Of a stretch of 64,000 bases of DNA, positions 8,639 to 16,845 are shown one piece after another (positions within the stretch are counted from its first letter, which is position 1; the number at the start of each line of letters is the position of its first letter). Both the position numbers and the translations under genes were made by a program. Source of the DNA: a virus; IMG/VR virus record IMGVR_UViG_3300009081_000012, positions 1 to 64,000 of that record. One strand, 5' to 3'. Below the pieces are notes generated by a model. That model saw only the letters and a list, made by a program, of their open reading frames with translations. It was not told the origin of the DNA and did not search any database.

Positions 8639-9064
8639 TTATTTTAATAATTCTCTGACATCCATTAAAATAATTCCCAGATGATTTGCCCCGGTGCCGT
8701 TACAGACACCCCAGAACCTGTCGTTCCAGTAATTACCTTCAATCAGAACAGCATCGCCTGTCTTTATAAGTAATTCACGCAGACCGGTATTTCTTTCGAA
8801 TTTATCAAGAACAATCTCACACATTATTTTTATCCTTACACTGTTCCAATCTTCCCGAAGCTTGAGTGTTTTGCCAAGCTTTTTTGATTGTGGGCCGTTC
8901 AATGCCACGAACTTTAGTCTATCATTCAAGTCCATGCTTTTGGCGGCTTGATAAGCACCCTCTGAACACTGGTACAGCAACCCTTCATATACAACTGGGG
9001 CTGGAGTGTAGAAGTTGCTTAAAAATGAATAATAGTTTTTGAATGAGCTTATAATATCCGACAT
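8639..9064 (-). CDS. NADAR family protein (ADP-ribosyl/N-glycoside hydrolase, YbiA-like)
   Basis: FLSNFY, EGAYQAAK, LREDWNSVR, LIEGNYWNDRFWGV, GANHLGIILM. Confidence 0.9.
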   Translation of the reverse strand: MSDIISSFKNYYSFLSNFYTPAPVVYEGLLYQCSEGAYQAAKSMDLNDRLKFVALNGPQSKKLGKTLKLREDWNSVRIKIMCEIVLDKFERNTGLRELLIKTGDAVLIEGNYWNDRFWGVCNGTGANHLGIILMDVRELLK

Positions 9065-9070
9065 TGATAA

Positions 9071-9445
9071 TCACCTCCTTTCTGTATTCACTGTTACTTC
9101 ACCAGTGAAATCGTTACGCAACCAGTGACAAGTTTTCTTAATTTCATTAACAGCTGAAAATGGACGTTTACCATGCAGGATTGCAATCCATTTTGGAATT
9201 CTTGCACTGTCCACTCTGTAGGAGTAGTCAACACCATCAATAGTTAACATAATCATTCCATCACTTGAGAACCCACTGTAAAATAGCTTAACTTTGTTTT
9301 TGTATTTGATAAGTAATTCACGTCCAGCACAAAGAGGACAGTGATAAGCATCGTGTTCGTTATAGATATAATGCTCTTCTTTATCATTTTTCTCAACAAA
9401 TTCCACCAATTCTTTAAGCACTCTAAGCTCATCCATATTCATCAT
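9071..9445 (-). CDS. hypothetical protein
   Basis: ORF with AAGGAG SD. Confidence 0.55.
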   Translation of the reverse strand: MMNMDELRVLKELVEFVEKNDKEEHYIYNEHDAYHCPLCAGRELLIKYKNKVKLFYSGFSSDGMIMLTIDGVDYSYRVDSARIPKWIAILHGKRPFSAVNEIKKTCHWLRNDFTGEVTVNTERR

Positions 9446-9525
9446 AGTGGCATCTCCTTTCATAAATGTAAAAAGACACCATCATTGGGCAGAATGAGAG
9501 GGTGTCTGTTTGGTTTGCTGCTCCG

Positions 9526-9882
9526 CTAAACAATTTCCCATATTTCAGCAGTGACATAATTAATTCGTACACGTTTGCCAGTATCACGAAATAAGCCTGA
9601 TGCTTTAGCTGCTGCGGCACTTTCCTCATTCTCCTCCCAGGTTTTGACGATGATTTCGTTTGGAAGTATGAACGCTTCAGGAATGTTAACAGTGAGAACG
9701 CTATAGGGCATTCCGGCATCCTCACCTTCAGCACACGTAAGTTCAATCTGAAGCCTGTTTCCCTGAGCGTAGCGATTGGTTTCTATTACAACTAATTCAT
9801 CGCCGATTTTGAATGTTTTACCTTCGATTTTTGCTGCATCAACATCGAAGCCCTCTGCCGGAATTCGTTTTCTTCTTTTCAT
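9526..9882 (-). CDS. DUF4313-like phage protein
   Basis: RYAQGNRLQIEL..PYSVLTVNIP..GLFRDTGKRV pattern. Confidence 0.6.
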   Translation of the reverse strand: MKRRKRIPAEGFDVDAAKIEGKTFKIGDELVVIETNRYAQGNRLQIELTCAEGEDAGMPYSVLTVNIPEAFILPNEIIVKTWEENEESAAAAKASGLFRDTGKRVRINYVTAEIWEIV

Positions 9883-9928
9883 TAGTAGTTTCTCCTTATC
9901 TCAGTAGTTTCTTCTTTGACTAATCTGG

Positions 9929-10369
9929 TTATATGTAATAGATTAATCCTTTGAAATTATCACACCTTTTTTCTTCAAAATCATGAATATCCAAATCAAA
10001 TACTATACTAAGGGTAGAAAGTATAGCATTTAGAGTATCTATTGTAGCATTGCAACACATAATACAATCATCATGAAAATATAACGGATTTTCTGGAAAA
10101 CCGTTTCTTCTCTTAACTCTTATTTCTTTTATATCATCGTTGTAAATAATTTTAAACCTCCAGCCCCTAACAAAACAGTTATATTCATTAATATCTGCGT
10201 AACCATTTCTCACTAGCCGATAGCATATCTGTGAAACTGTGTTCTTCTTAACGTTGGGAATGATTTGTTTTACCTCTGTAAATATCATATCCAAAGTTTT
10301 TGGATGTAGTGTAAAACAACTCTTAACAATCTGTGAAATGTTCATGTGTTTAATGTTGATGATATTCAT
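9929..10369 (-). CDS. winged-helix-like hypothetical protein
   Basis: KKNTVSQICYRLVRNGYA resembles a wHTH recognition helix and wing. Confidence 0.5.
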   Translation of the reverse strand: MNIINIKHMNISQIVKSCFTLHPKTLDMIFTEVKQIIPNVKKNTVSQICYRLVRNGYADINEYNCFVRGWRFKIIYNDDIKEIRVKRRNGFPENPLYFHDDCIMCCNATIDTLNAILSTLSIVFDLDIHDFEEKRCDNFKGLIYYI

Positions 10370-10408
10370 GTAAATCCTCCTTTTGTTGTTTGGTTGTTGT
10401 TGTTAAAA

Positions 10409-10471
10409 TCTTCTCAACCCATCAGTTAGACTGATAGGTTCAGAAGACGCCAGGAAGCCGAGCCTCCTGGC
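10409..10471 (-). ncRNA. double-hairpin intergenic RNA element, copy A
   Basis: GCCAGGAGGC-TCG-GCTTCCTGGC, G, TCTTCT-G-AACCTATCAG-loop-CTGATGGGTT-G-AGAAGA, TTTT. Confidence 0.7.
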
Positions 10472-10480
10472 TTGTGTGTA

Positions 10481-10720
10481 CTAATCCCAGAAAATAAGTA
10501 TCTGAGATTTGATAGATACGTGGACTTTTCTACCACGTGCTATCCCAAGGTAGAAATTATGGACCGGGTGTTTCTTCAATCCATACGTACCCGTTTTTGT
10601 TTTCAACAAACCACCTTTTTTATCGTCAACGACAAAGATGGCTGCGCCGTGTTCTGTGGATAATCCTTCCGGCGTGATATGCAGTTTACGAACCTTTTTT
10701 GTTTTAACAGCCTTGTTCAT
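10481..10720 (-). CDS. small basic hypothetical protein
   Basis: 79-aa ORF, AAGGAGG SD. Confidence 0.6.
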   Translation of the reverse strand: MNKAVKTKKVRKLHITPEGLSTEHGAAIFVVDDKKGGLLKTKTGTYGLKKHPVHNFYLGIARGRKVHVSIKSQILIFWD

Positions 10721-10968
10721 AATTACCTCCTTATGTTTTTTGGTTTAATATTTATATATAATGCAGTCCTCAAGGACCGAAAATTTCCAGTATGAATCCT
10801 GTGCCTTTACGGATGTTCTCCGAATTGGTGTATCTTGTCGCAATATGTAATGCTCATACGAGACTGTCTGCCATGCCCAACTCATGGTAACACAATAGCT
10901 TCTACCATAGACAACCTCCTTTCCTGTGGAGCTAACTGTAAATAAAGAACTGCTTTTTGAGGAAGCAT

Positions 10969-11040
10969 AACCTATTAAGCCTACGAACTTTCGCTCGCTG
11001 GCTTAATAGATTAGCCACTACGTCCTCAACATAGTGGCTA
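10969..11040 (-). ncRNA. double-hairpin intergenic RNA element, copy B
   Basis: TAGCCACTATGT..ACGTAGTGGCTA, then ATCTATTAAGCC..GAAA..GGCTTAATAGGT. Confidence 0.65.
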
Positions 11041-11048
11041 TATTGTAA

Positions 11049-11231
11049 TTAATGAACACTTACACCTGTATTCTCCAGCTCCCATGAGGCTGATGCTAAA
11101 GAAAGCATCTTGCCATTAGGCATCTTAACCTTGTATTTGTCATCAAGATTAAGTATGGTTGCCTGTACTACTTCGGGGGCTGAAGTTGACAGAAACACAT
11201 TACCAGTTAATGTATTCACTACTTCGTACAT
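11049..11231 (-). CDS. hypothetical protein
   Basis: 60-aa ORF, GGAGG SD. Confidence 0.6.
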   Translation of the reverse strand: MYEVVNTLTGNVFLSTSAPEVVQATILNLDDKYKVKMPNGKMLSLASASWELENTGVSVH

Positions 11232-11234
11232 GTT

Positions 11235-12119
11235 TTATATACCTCCTTTGTTTTCTGTATTATTAACCACCAAATAATCTTTTACAACAACACCATTTTC
11301 AACATTACCACGTTCATGATCAGGAATGAAAAACAAACCATGTCTACCTTTTATTCCAAACAAAGGATTTTCTTCTGTATAATATCTAAAATGTCCAGCT
11401 ACAGTATGAAAAGCCCTTGTTGTTTCAGTTACGTTATTATTAAGTTTTTTGTTCTTGTATTTTTTCACTACATTAGTTATTACCAGTGTTTTGTACGTGA
11501 ATGGTGGACGTTTATTTTTATTAGTAATTCTTGTGAGTAAATGAGAAGGGCGATTGTCAATAGTTGTTATGTTCTTACAATTAAGATAAAGTAATATTAA
11601 GTATGCTGAATGTACTGAATTAACAGCGTGTTCAAACAGGACGTTATCAACGTCATAAGGATAGTTAGAATTGTTCTTATCTATGTTCAAACTTTCTTTA
11701 ACAATTTCATCATTCATAATAACTGTACCGTGATATGGATTGAATGTCCATCCTGTATTTGGGCATTGTGCCCCATGTATACTTAATACGCCATCCTTCA
11801 AGTTTAATAATATACCCTTCTTTAACGACCTTGTTTCGTCTGTATAAAAATCAATCCACATGGTTGGATAGGGAAGTCTAATATACTTTTGTAATGTAAT
11901 GAATGCCTGTATGTGTTTGTTTGATTTATTAAGTACACCATCTATCAAAGAGAACATATGTTTCATTATATCTTTCGTATATACACCCATGTGGTATTTA
12001 ACTGCCTTTTCCACTAACGACATGCGATATACTAACATATCACGATATTCCTGATTAATTGGTTCGTTGTTGTTCATAAAATATTTTTTTATTGTGTTAA
12101 TAAGCTCGTGTGCAAACAT
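11235..12119 (-). CDS. conserved phage hypothetical protein (HxVxGHFR...HERG C-terminal motif)
   Basis: RAFHTVAGHFRYY...FIPDHERG. Confidence 0.65.
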   Translation of the reverse strand: MFAHELINTIKKYFMNNNEPINQEYRDMLVYRMSLVEKAVKYHMGVYTKDIMKHMFSLIDGVLNKSNKHIQAFITLQKYIRLPYPTMWIDFYTDETRSLKKGILLNLKDGVLSIHGAQCPNTGWTFNPYHGTVIMNDEIVKESLNIDKNNSNYPYDVDNVLFEHAVNSVHSAYLILLYLNCKNITTIDNRPSHLLTRITNKNKRPPFTYKTLVITNVVKKYKNKKLNNNVTETTRAFHTVAGHFRYYTEENPLFGIKGRHGLFFIPDHERGNVENGVVVKDYLVVNNTENKGGI

Positions 12120-12169
12120 AGTTCACCTCCTGTAATTTGATTGTTTTTAAGTTATGTGTATGATATTTA

Positions 12170-12246
12170 AACTATTAAGCCCAAGAACACAGGCTCATAG
12201 GCTTAAGAGATTAGCCAGGATACCTAACACGCAGATATCCTGGCTA
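12170..12246 (-). ncRNA. double-hairpin intergenic RNA element, copy C
   Basis: TAGCCAGGATATCT..AGGTATCCTGGCTA, then ATCTCTTAAGCCTA..TGGGCTTAATAG. Confidence 0.65.
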
Positions 12247-12250
12247 TGGT

Positions 12251-12382
12251 TTATCGATGTTTTTTGGATGGACTGAATATGAGTATTACAACTCCTATAA
12301 CCCAGAACAATGCGCCAATTATTAAATCCAAAAGCCACAATCCAACGAATACGAGAAATATAATCCAAAGTATGTGTAGCAT
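12251..12382 (-). CDS. small membrane protein (43 aa, below ORF track cutoff)
   Basis: MLHILWIIFLVFVGLWLLDLIIGALFWVIGVVILIFSPSKKHR; GGAGGTG SD. Confidence 0.55.
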   Translation of the reverse strand: MLHILWIIFLVFVGLWLLDLIIGALFWVIGVVILIFSPSKKHR

Positions 12383-12604
12383 TTATATTCCACCTCCCAT
12401 AGTGTTGTTGGTACTACAATTGTTTGTTTTTGGTTTATCCTCCGCCGTGAATAAATTTGCTATATATACAGCCAATACGATGAGAAATACCCACCAAAAG
12501 TTTATCAACAGAAATCCCATACCAAACAGTATGCCAAATACAGCTGTTGTCAATAACAAGAATTTTACACAAGGCACTAACATAATAATCACCTCCTTTA
12601 CCAA
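12383..12604 (-). CDS. small membrane protein
   Basis: two hydrophobic segments. Confidence 0.55.
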   Translation of the reverse strand: MVKEVIIMLVPCVKFLLLTTAVFGILFGMGFLLINFWWVFLIVLAVYIANLFTAEDKPKTNNCSTNNTMGGGI

Positions 12605-12653
12605 TTTTGTAATTTATGTTTGTTGGTCCAATATACCAAAAAATCACGCTCTA

Positions 12654-12941
12654 TTACTTCTTGACGTTGTTGTCCACCTTCTTCTTCCGGTTCAGCATCT
12701 CACTAAAGCCTATGCTGACACGGCAGTAATAACATAGTCTGCGTTTGTGTTCTTTGTCCCACTCTAAATCCTTCTCGAATGAGACAATACCACATTTCTC
12801 ACAATGAGCCTTTTCGGGCTCGGCTAAACATTCATCACATTCACCATATACCAAACTGACGTGCTTCTCGCAATAAAACGAACCATCAAACTTACTGCGT
12901 GCTGGTAGTGTCGGTATAGGTGGTTTGTTATAGAACTCCAT
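12654..12941 (-). CDS. Cys-rich zinc-finger hypothetical protein
   Basis: CEKH, CDEC, CEKC, CYYC pairs. Confidence 0.6.
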   Translation of the reverse strand: MEFYNKPPIPTLPARSKFDGSFYCEKHVSLVYGECDECLAEPEKAHCEKCGIVSFEKDLEWDKEHKRRLCYYCRVSIGFSEMLNRKKKVDNNVKK

Positions 12942-12956
12942 TTATACCACCTCCTT

Positions 12957-13238
12957 TTATACTTTTTCACCAGTTTTTTGAAAATACAAATCCTCCATAT
13001 CCATATAGCCTTGATAGGTACCTGCTAATATTTGCCTATCCTTTTCCTCTTGCCCAGCAAATCTATTTGAAATCATTTGTCTACCAGTCACAGGCTCTGT
13101 ATAACGACATAGAGGATATCGTGGACAAGCCCACCAATAATAATTCTTTTGGCTCCACTTAATTACTAACTTAGTGTCCAGCTGGTCACGGCTCTTACAA
13201 TCAGGACACATGACGTTTTTAGCATCTTTGTGTGCCAT
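12957..13238 (-). CDS. topoisomerase C4-type zinc-finger protein
   Basis: CPDC...WACPRYPLCRYTEP. Confidence 0.65.
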   Translation of the reverse strand: MAHKDAKNVMCPDCKSRDQLDTKLVIKWSQKNYYWWACPRYPLCRYTEPVTGRQMISNRFAGQEEKDRQILAGTYQGYMDMEDLYFQKTGEKV

Positions 13239-13239
13239 T

Positions 13240-13407
13240 CTATACCACCTCCTTTGTGTTTGGAAGTATCACACGGTCATCACACTCTATTCGTATTAGT
13301 TTACAATCATCAGAATACTTATACTTTTCAATTGTATAACCCAATGAACAAGTGAAGAACTCTCCTCCCAATAATGGACAATCAGAACAATATTTTCTTT
13401 TAGGCAT
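13240..13407 (-). CDS. small Cys-rich protein (55 aa, below track cutoff)
   Basis: MPKRKYCSDCPLL...; AAGGAGG SD. Confidence 0.55.
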   Translation of the reverse strand: MPKRKYCSDCPLLGGEFFTCSLGYTIEKYKYSDDCKLIRIECDDRVILPNTKEVV

Positions 13408-13449
13408 TACTATTTACCTCCTTTCATTGATTGTTGTTATTTGAAAAAA

Positions 13450-13516
13450 TCTTCTAAACCTACCATAACTGATAGGCTTAGAAGACGCCACTGTTTCTGT
13501 TGCCAAGCACAGTGAC
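13450..13516 (-). ncRNA. double-hairpin intergenic RNA element, copy D
   Basis: GTCACTGT..ACAGTGGC, G, TCTTCTAAGCCTATCA..TGGTAGGTTTAGAAGA, TTTTTT. Confidence 0.7.
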
Positions 13517-13566
13517 CAAGCTTCTCCGCGCCTTTACGCGGTAGCGGGCTCGATTAGATCACGTTC

Positions 13567-13866
13567 CTAACTGAAGATGAGATCTTCTTCACCTTCTATA
13601 GGAAACGCCACCCAATTGAACAGGAGGGCCAAGACAGACGCATCTTTGGCCAGTCTGTAAATAGACTGTCCTTGGATGTTCTCTCCATCCCCAAGCCTCC
13701 GACCCTTTTCGATGCTACGAGCCATCGATGTAAGGACCATAGCGGCCTGTTGCCTGGATATGGTTATCGAGGAGTTTATTTCCTCAATACCACACTCATG
13801 GCACGCCTCGGCCAAGAGACCGCAGTACTTGATCTCCTGACCGCCGATTGTTTCGTACATCCCCAT
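13567..13866 (-). CDS. hypothetical protein
   Basis: 99-aa ORF, GGAGGTG SD. Confidence 0.6.
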   Translation of the reverse strand: MGMYETIGGQEIKYCGLLAEACHECGIEEINSSITISRQQAAMVLTSMARSIEKGRRLGDGENIQGQSIYRLAKDASVLALLFNWVAFPIEGEEDLIFS

Positions 13867-13937
13867 ATATCACCTCCTTTGTGATGGTTATGGGGTCGCT
13901 TATCTGGGGTCAAGCGACTGACCCATACGGCAACATA

Positions 13938-14141
13938 CTACCTGTTGTATGTTCTATTGAATGACGCGTCAGACATACACAGATAATGTATGCCTTCCAG
14001 TAATCCGATAATTCCAGGAATGAACGTCCAACAGAATACCAAATATAGTAATCCCTGGAAACACCTGCCAAGATAAAACTTATGAACGCCTATTCCACCC
14101 AAAATTAATGCAAAAATACCAGCTACGAGTTTGTTCTTCAT
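13938..14141 (-). CDS. TM2-domain (NINE) membrane protein
   Basis: KNKLVAGIFALILGGIGVHKFYLG...GLLYLVFCWTFIP. Confidence 0.88.
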   Translation of the reverse strand: MKNKLVAGIFALILGGIGVHKFYLGRCFQGLLYLVFCWTFIPGIIGLLEGIHYLCMSDASFNRTYNR

Positions 14142-14179
14142 GATAATACTCCTTTCTATTTGATTGTTGTTGTTTAAAA

Positions 14180-14240
14180 TCCTCTCAGCCTACCAGTATT
14201 GATAGGCTCAGAGGACGCCAGGAAGTCGAAGCCTCCTGGC
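14180..14240 (-). ncRNA. double-hairpin intergenic RNA element, copy E
   Basis: GCCAGGAGG-CTTCGA-CTTCCTGGC, G, TCCTCT-G-AGCCTATCA..TGGTAGGCT-G-AGAGGA, TTTT. Confidence 0.7.
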
Positions 14241-14254
14241 TGGTAAAAACACAA

Positions 14255-14482
14255 CTAACGTCTAATAGACACCCTACCGTCTGTTATTTCAACGGCGTCC
14301 GGGTCTCTCCAGTAAGCAGTAGCACGAAGGCTACTATTAGCTTCACGTTCAACTATTATTACTTTTGTTAATGGGTCCATTAATATCTCCCCCATCAGCT
14401 TTCCTTCATTTGGAAGACCACTAAATTGATTGTTGACAAACCCTTTCTCAATACCCTCTTTTACGAAATCTTCTCTAGTCAT
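14255..14482 (-). CDS. hypothetical protein
   Basis: 75-aa ORF, AAGGAG SD. Confidence 0.6.
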   Translation of the reverse strand: MTREDFVKEGIEKGFVNNQFSGLPNEGKLMGEILMDPLTKVIIVEREANSSLRATAYWRDPDAVEITDGRVSIRR

Positions 14483-14510
14483 TTGTTTGCTCCTTTCTTG
14501 ATTGTTGTTA

Positions 14511-14682
14511 TTGGCAAGTCCATACTTGAGGATTGTCCAGAGAGAGTAACGGTACGGGCAATGCGGTTTCTCTGACCTCTCACCATTTTTGGTAGCCTGT
14601 GCCTCCTACTAGTCCCAGAGGTCTAATTTGCTACTCGGCGTATATGGATATATTTTGGGGCTTTCACCCATAGGCTTGCCAA
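14511..14682 (-). ncRNA. candidate multi-stem structured RNA (~170 nt)
   Basis: closing TTGGCAAG/CTTGCCAA; TCCATAT/GTATGGA; GAGTAGC/GTTACTC; GACCTCT/AGAGGTC; CAGAGA/TCTCTG. Confidence 0.5.
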
Positions 14683-14694
14683 ACTTGTTTTTGG

Positions 14695-15264
14695 TTAAAT
14701 TGTTGTAATACGTCTGTTTGGTCTTGGCTTATTATTGTTTATTCGGCCGAGCAGGAAGCCGCCGAATAGCACTGCTAATATAATTACACCTAACCCAACA
14801 AACATCTTCCATTCTTCTGGGTTGTTGCTAGGATATATGAAGCGTGTATTCTGAACAACATAGAACATATCCACTACTTCGAATAGTTCTACACCATCAA
14901 CACCTCTTTTGAAGTCAACTACAACTTCAATGGTGGTTCTCTCCCCATACTTGAATGGTTTGGTGACATCAGTAAATCTAAAGATATCGCCTACATTATT
15001 TACAAACTCAACGTTATAAGAGATATACCCTGCTGGAGCACCGTCTATATCTACTACGCTAACGACACTCTTTACCGTAACATCCATGTAAAGTGATGTA
15101 TGTTTGTCTGATGCAGCAGTTAACGATGTCCATAACAGTATTAACATAATAATAACTACTACTATTATAAGCTTGTTGTTGCTCTGCTTTTCAATAACAT
15201 ACTCTTTTGCCAAGTTGTTCTGTTCCATCGCAAGTGCGATGAGTTCCTTAGTTGATAGATACAT
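14695..15264 (-). CDS. membrane-anchored hypothetical protein
   Basis: N- and C-terminal TM segments. Confidence 0.6.
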   Translation of the reverse strand: MYLSTKELIALAMEQNNLAKEYVIEKQSNNKLIIVVVIIMLILLWTSLTAASDKHTSLYMDVTVKSVVSVVDIDGAPAGYISYNVEFVNNVGDIFRFTDVTKPFKYGERTTIEVVVDFKRGVDGVELFEVVDMFYVVQNTRFIYPSNNPEEWKMFVGLGVIILAVLFGGFLLGRINNNKPRPNRRITTI

Positions 15265-15312
15265 TGTACACCTCTTTCCTGCGTATTGGATGCGCAGCCC
15301 CCGTATGTTTAG

Positions 15313-15534
15313 TTATTGTATTTTCTGCACCTTCCAATTACGTAAGCCTACCCAGCACATAGACAGGTTAAAAGTGAATAGTGCTGCCTGTGGATACGCC
15401 TTTGTTGCGATGTTTATAACAATGAACCCTATATTAGATATCACCCAAAGGTAAAAACACAAACGATTGCCTTTAGCATTAACATAGGTGCCTATTACCG
15501 CAACTACAGTAAACAACCAACCTATATATTCCAT
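15313..15534 (-). CDS. small PnuC-like membrane protein
   Basis: GWLFTVVAVIGTYVNA..CFYLWVISN..QAALF pattern. Confidence 0.55.
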   Translation of the reverse strand: MEYIGWLFTVVAVIGTYVNAKGNRLCFYLWVISNIGFIVINIATKAYPQAALFTFNLSMCWVGLRNWKVQKIQ

Positions 15535-15545
15535 GATAACCTCCT

Positions 15546-15755
15546 TTATTTTATTAAAAGATTTGGCGAGCAAAATTGACCGTTTGGTCCTTTAATATAT
15601 AAACCAGACGCATTTACCTGATTAGCAAGAAACCGCTCATGTTCAAGAACAGTAAGTAATTCTAATGAACTGTTACCCACTGTAGAAGATGTGAGTGGTT
15701 TATATGCACAGATGTGCTGTCTTGCGAATAGCCATACAAACGCGTAGTTGTTCAT
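15546..15755 (-). CDS. hypothetical protein
   Basis: 69-aa ORF, GGGAG SD. Confidence 0.55.
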   Translation of the reverse strand: MNNYAFVWLFARQHICAYKPLTSSTVGNSSLELLTVLEHERFLANQVNASGLYIKGPNGQFCSPNLLIK

Positions 15756-15793
15756 TATGGTATCTCCCTTTGTTAAATGGTTATTTTGTTACT

Positions 15794-15852
15794 GACGTTT
15801 CGGCCCTCCATAGGCCTTATTCATCAGGGATGCGGTAACAGCACCCGACGCC
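15794..15852 (-). ncRNA. hammerhead ribozyme, type III, with a 4-nt core insertion
   Basis: GGCGUC^ GGGUGC-loop-GCAUCC CUGAUGA AUAA GGCC-loop-GGCC GAAA CGUC: all core nucleotides and three stems present. Confidence 0.8.
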
Positions 15853-15881
15853 AAGCAGTTTAACGTCATGCTTAGGACATT
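15851..15881 (-). ncRNA. small H-type pseudoknot abutting the hammerhead
   Basis: AAUGUC/GACGUU stem; loop CUAAGCA pairs with downstream UGCUUGG. Confidence 0.5.
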
Positions 15882-15889
15882 TATTGTAT

Positions 15890-16321
15890 TTATTGGTGGT
15901 GAACACAACCACACATATCAGGCTCATCAGGAACCCATCCATAAAGCTTATATGGTATGAATGTTGCGTTATCCTTTAAGGTGTTCCTAAATCTATCAGG
16001 GATAATTCCTTGATACCATAAGTTATTGGTGGTTATTGTTCTACCATCATTGTAATGAATGATGAACTTTCTTCCACCATGTCCTTTTAAGCGATTACTA
16101 TCATCGCCAAGTCTATAATGAGCGCCATCCACTATAACTATGGCTGGGTCACCACTCAAAAATAGCACGATGTGTTGTGTCCAGAAAGCACACGTATGGC
16201 AGTGTGTATCTAACAAGTCTCCATCTTCCCTCTCTAAATCTGAGTTGTCGAATGGTTTGCCACATACTACGCACGCCACCTGCTCAAAAACCTGCTCAAA
16301 AATTTGTAATAAATTGTTCAT
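15890..16321 (-). CDS. conserved phage hypothetical protein with Zn finger
   Basis: CVVC..CHTCAFW..GHGGRKFII..TNNLWYQGIIP. Confidence 0.7.
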   Translation of the reverse strand: MNNLLQIFEQVFEQVACVVCGKPFDNSDLEREDGDLLDTHCHTCAFWTQHIVLFLSGDPAIVIVDGAHYRLGDDSNRLKGHGGRKFIIHYNDGRTITTNNLWYQGIIPDRFRNTLKDNATFIPYKLYGWVPDEPDMCGCVHHQ

Positions 16322-16845
16322 AAAGACCTCCTTTGTTATTGTGTGGTTGTTGATTGTATCATTAAACTGTTGAACGAAATTCTTTTAGCACTTCGTAACA
16401 CAGTAGAAGTCGAACCAGGGTAGGGGGTATAAAAAATGTAAAGCGTTTACTCACCCTATCGAAGCCTCGGTCTCCTGCTCACACAAAATGGGGAGGTTTT
16501 GAGGCAGTCAACCATTATGTATAACATAGTGTAATAATAGTATAATGGTATATAGTATAATAACCTAACCATCATACCAGTATCCCGTTCTCCTACCAGT
16601 ATACCCTCCTCCAGTAACCCCTCTCTACCAGCATCCAATCCTACTAGCATCCCCATCTACCAGTTATGGTATCCCGTTGTCCTCCCCTCCCTATCCTCTC
16701 CTCTCTCTCTTTTCTTTATGTTTTTGTGTTACCATCGATATGCTGGAACAGAGAATACCAATACACTAGTATAGAATACCGTTATACCACTACACCGTGG
16801 TTGTTTCCGCCCGCCCGAAATTTTTAATTATTTTCTGTTAAAGTC

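Noticed and set aside
10882-10908. Selenoprotein via TGA readthrough
   Set aside because: The extension has no redox motif and no convincing bacterial SECIS.
16456-16656. 66-aa ORF
   Set aside because: Translation of a low-complexity, motif-rich non-coding zone.
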